From: an uncultured Acidobacteriota bacterium
GTDB lineage: Bacteria; Acidobacteriota; Vicinamibacteria; Fen-336
DNA: 64,000 nt
Direction: 5' to 3'
Assembly: GCA_964574335.1 (NCBI GenBank)
Contig: CAZNNH010000009.1
Coordinates: 11,634-75,633 of the forward strand
In this document: positions 63,505 through 64,000 of the stretch, one piece after another
Numbering within the stretch: the first letter of the stretch is position 1
How the letters are laid out: each line of letters starts with the position of its first letter
The notes under the pieces: generated by a model
The model's input: only the letters and a program-made list of their open reading frames with translations
Told to the model about the DNA's origin: nothing
Database searches by the model: none
Translations under genes and position numbers: made by a program

Positions 63505-64000
63505 TCACCGAGCCAGGCGCTCGTAGAGGACGACCTTCAGGCTGGTCAGCGGGCTGAGCGAGTGGAACGATTGCTCCTCGACCTTTCGGTACGCGTCGAG
63601 GAACTGGTCAGGGAAGGTCCTGAATTGCTCGTGGTGCAGCACGACGAAGAGCCGCGGGTGGCCGGCGCTGGCCTTCTCGAGGCCGTCCCGGCTCGGCACC
63701 AGGCGTGTCCCCTTGGGCCCGCCCGGGACGTCCGGCAACGGAAAGATGACGGTCGGCGTCGAGAGCGGGTCGGCGCCGGCCTGGCGGAGGTAGTAGTCGT
63801 AGGCGTGGATGCCCCCTGCGGCATGGAACAGGATGGCGTCGCCCGGCCGGCTGTGGCCGACCACGAATCGTGTCGCCGACTCCCAGTCCCCATCCCAGTT
63901 GGCCATGGTCCGGTAGTAGCCTCCGTTGAGGACGACGTTGAAGCCGAGGGCCAGGACGGCCGCGGCGATGATCGCCCTCTTGACCCTGGGGGACGCGTGT
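63505..64000 (-). CDS. 3' portion of membrane protein gene (TM helix plus ~130-aa periplasmic-type C-terminal domain); 5' end beyond window
   Basis: Reading frame open to window edge (...RVKRAIIAAAVLALGFNVVLNGGYYRTMANWDG...); ends ...LKVVLYERLAR*; possibly C-terminal region of a large polytopic glycosyltransferase-like protein (speculative). Confidence 0.4.
   Translation of the reverse strand, partial: HASPRVKRAIIAAAVLALGFNVVLNGGYYRTMANWDGDWESATRFVVGHSRPGDAILFHAAGGIHAYDYYLRQAGADPLSTPTVIFPLPDVPGGPKGTRLVPSRDGLEKASAGHPRLFVVLHHEQFRTFPDQFLDAYRKVEEQSFHSLSPLTSLKVVLYERLAR
63515..63535. repeat. Right copy of 21-bp direct repeat (att-like) at 3' end of intact gene
   Basis: Exact match to 60159-60179. 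Confidence 0.7.

Larger units (their letters stand above)
60159..63535. mobile_element. Putative integrated islet (~3.4 kb) bounded by exact 21-bp direct repeat AGGCGCTCGTAGAGGACGACC; lower GC; carries HEAT-TM protein gene, HNH endonuclease gene and tandem palindromic repeats; no integrase
   Basis: Identical 21-mer at 60159-60179 and 63515-63535. Both copies encode the C-terminal ...VVLYERL(G/A)(P/R)* of a minus-strand gene; the left copy is a 12-codon orphan remnant and the right copy terminates an apparently intact gene. Interior GC visibly lower (~60%) than flanks (~70%). Confidence 0.4.

Noticed and set aside
1-64000. tRNA/rRNA genes, CRISPR arrays, IS transposases, integrases
   Set aside because: No cloverleaf-like conserved tRNA segments or rRNA-like regions noticed in intergenic spaces; no DDE/tyrosine/serine recombinase motifs in any frame. 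The islet at 60159-63535 lacks a recombinase.

Overview
High-GC (~70%) chromosomal window from a diderm (Gram-negative) bacterium. The TonB-dependent receptor with a CarboxypepD_reg-like N-terminus, the duplicated FtsX/MacB-type orphan permease (ADOP-like), the Omp85-type and OMP beta-barrels, and the octaheme cytochrome with TPR repeats fit Acidobacteriota, Gemmatimonadota or a myxobacterial-type lineage; this is inference only. Gene density is high and false ORFs are abundant on both strands because of GC content. All calls below rest on recognisable family motifs read directly from the translations, translational-coupling overlaps (ATGA/GTGA), or typical N-termini; nothing was searched against a database.

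Content in order:
- 380-5769: a MacA/MacB-like tripartite efflux operon with two unknown genes, one BON-containing, translationally coupled downstream of macB.
- 5712-9716: SDR/NmrA-like oxidoreductase, phosphatidylserine decarboxylase and acetate kinase.
- 11189-11875: VIT1/CCC1-type metal transporter.
- 12686-16076: an emrA-(cytidylate-kinase-like)-emrB MFS efflux operon.
- 17507-19935: zwf-gnd (oxidative pentose phosphate).
- 20160-20748: a truncated, frameshifted MscS remnant.
- 22354-28011: a giant ~1885-aa alpha-2-macroglobulin family protein with thioester motif (CAEQ), inserted GspG-pseudopilin-like DPWG modules and a CarboxypepD_reg domain.
- 28016-29338: a secreted DNRLRE plus collagen-like (GXY repeat) protein.
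- 30982-35508: orphan hydrogenase-maturation-protease homolog, PfkB sugar kinase, STAS protein, 2H phosphoesterase and 2,3-bisphosphoglycerate-independent phosphoglycerate mutase (iPGM).
- 35527-42311: YihY, a GIY-YIG ORF running in-frame into a TonB-dependent receptor, a fumarylacetoacetate hydrolase (FAH) family hydratase and a glycoside-hydrolase-like lipoprotein.
- 42514-44883: an octaheme c-type cytochrome fused to HEAT and TPR repeats.
- 44931-48149: DUF808 and a PlpD-like patatin-Omp85 (type Vd) protein.
- 48239-50308: TAT-secreted Gfo/Idh/MocA oxidoreductase and an OMP beta-barrel.
- 50458-51719: an internally deleted, frameshifted RtcB RNA ligase with a coupled RbfA-like gene.
- 52083-60004: DUF4097 adhesin-like protein, ADOP-type permease, sulfatase-like lipoprotein and a Ni/Co ECF transporter (cbiMN-Q-O, His-rich ATPase tail).
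- ~60159-63535: a 3.4-kb lower-GC islet bounded by an exact 21-bp direct repeat that duplicates the 3' end of a flanking gene. It carries a HEAT-repeat membrane protein, a DUF222/HNH endonuclease and tandem palindromic ~38-bp repeats.

No rRNA, tRNA, CRISPR array or transposase was recognised.

The most novel-looking items are the pseudopilin-module-containing A2M, the HEAT/HNH islet with att-like repeats, the two unknown genes coupled to macB, and the cytochrome-HEAT-TPR fusion.
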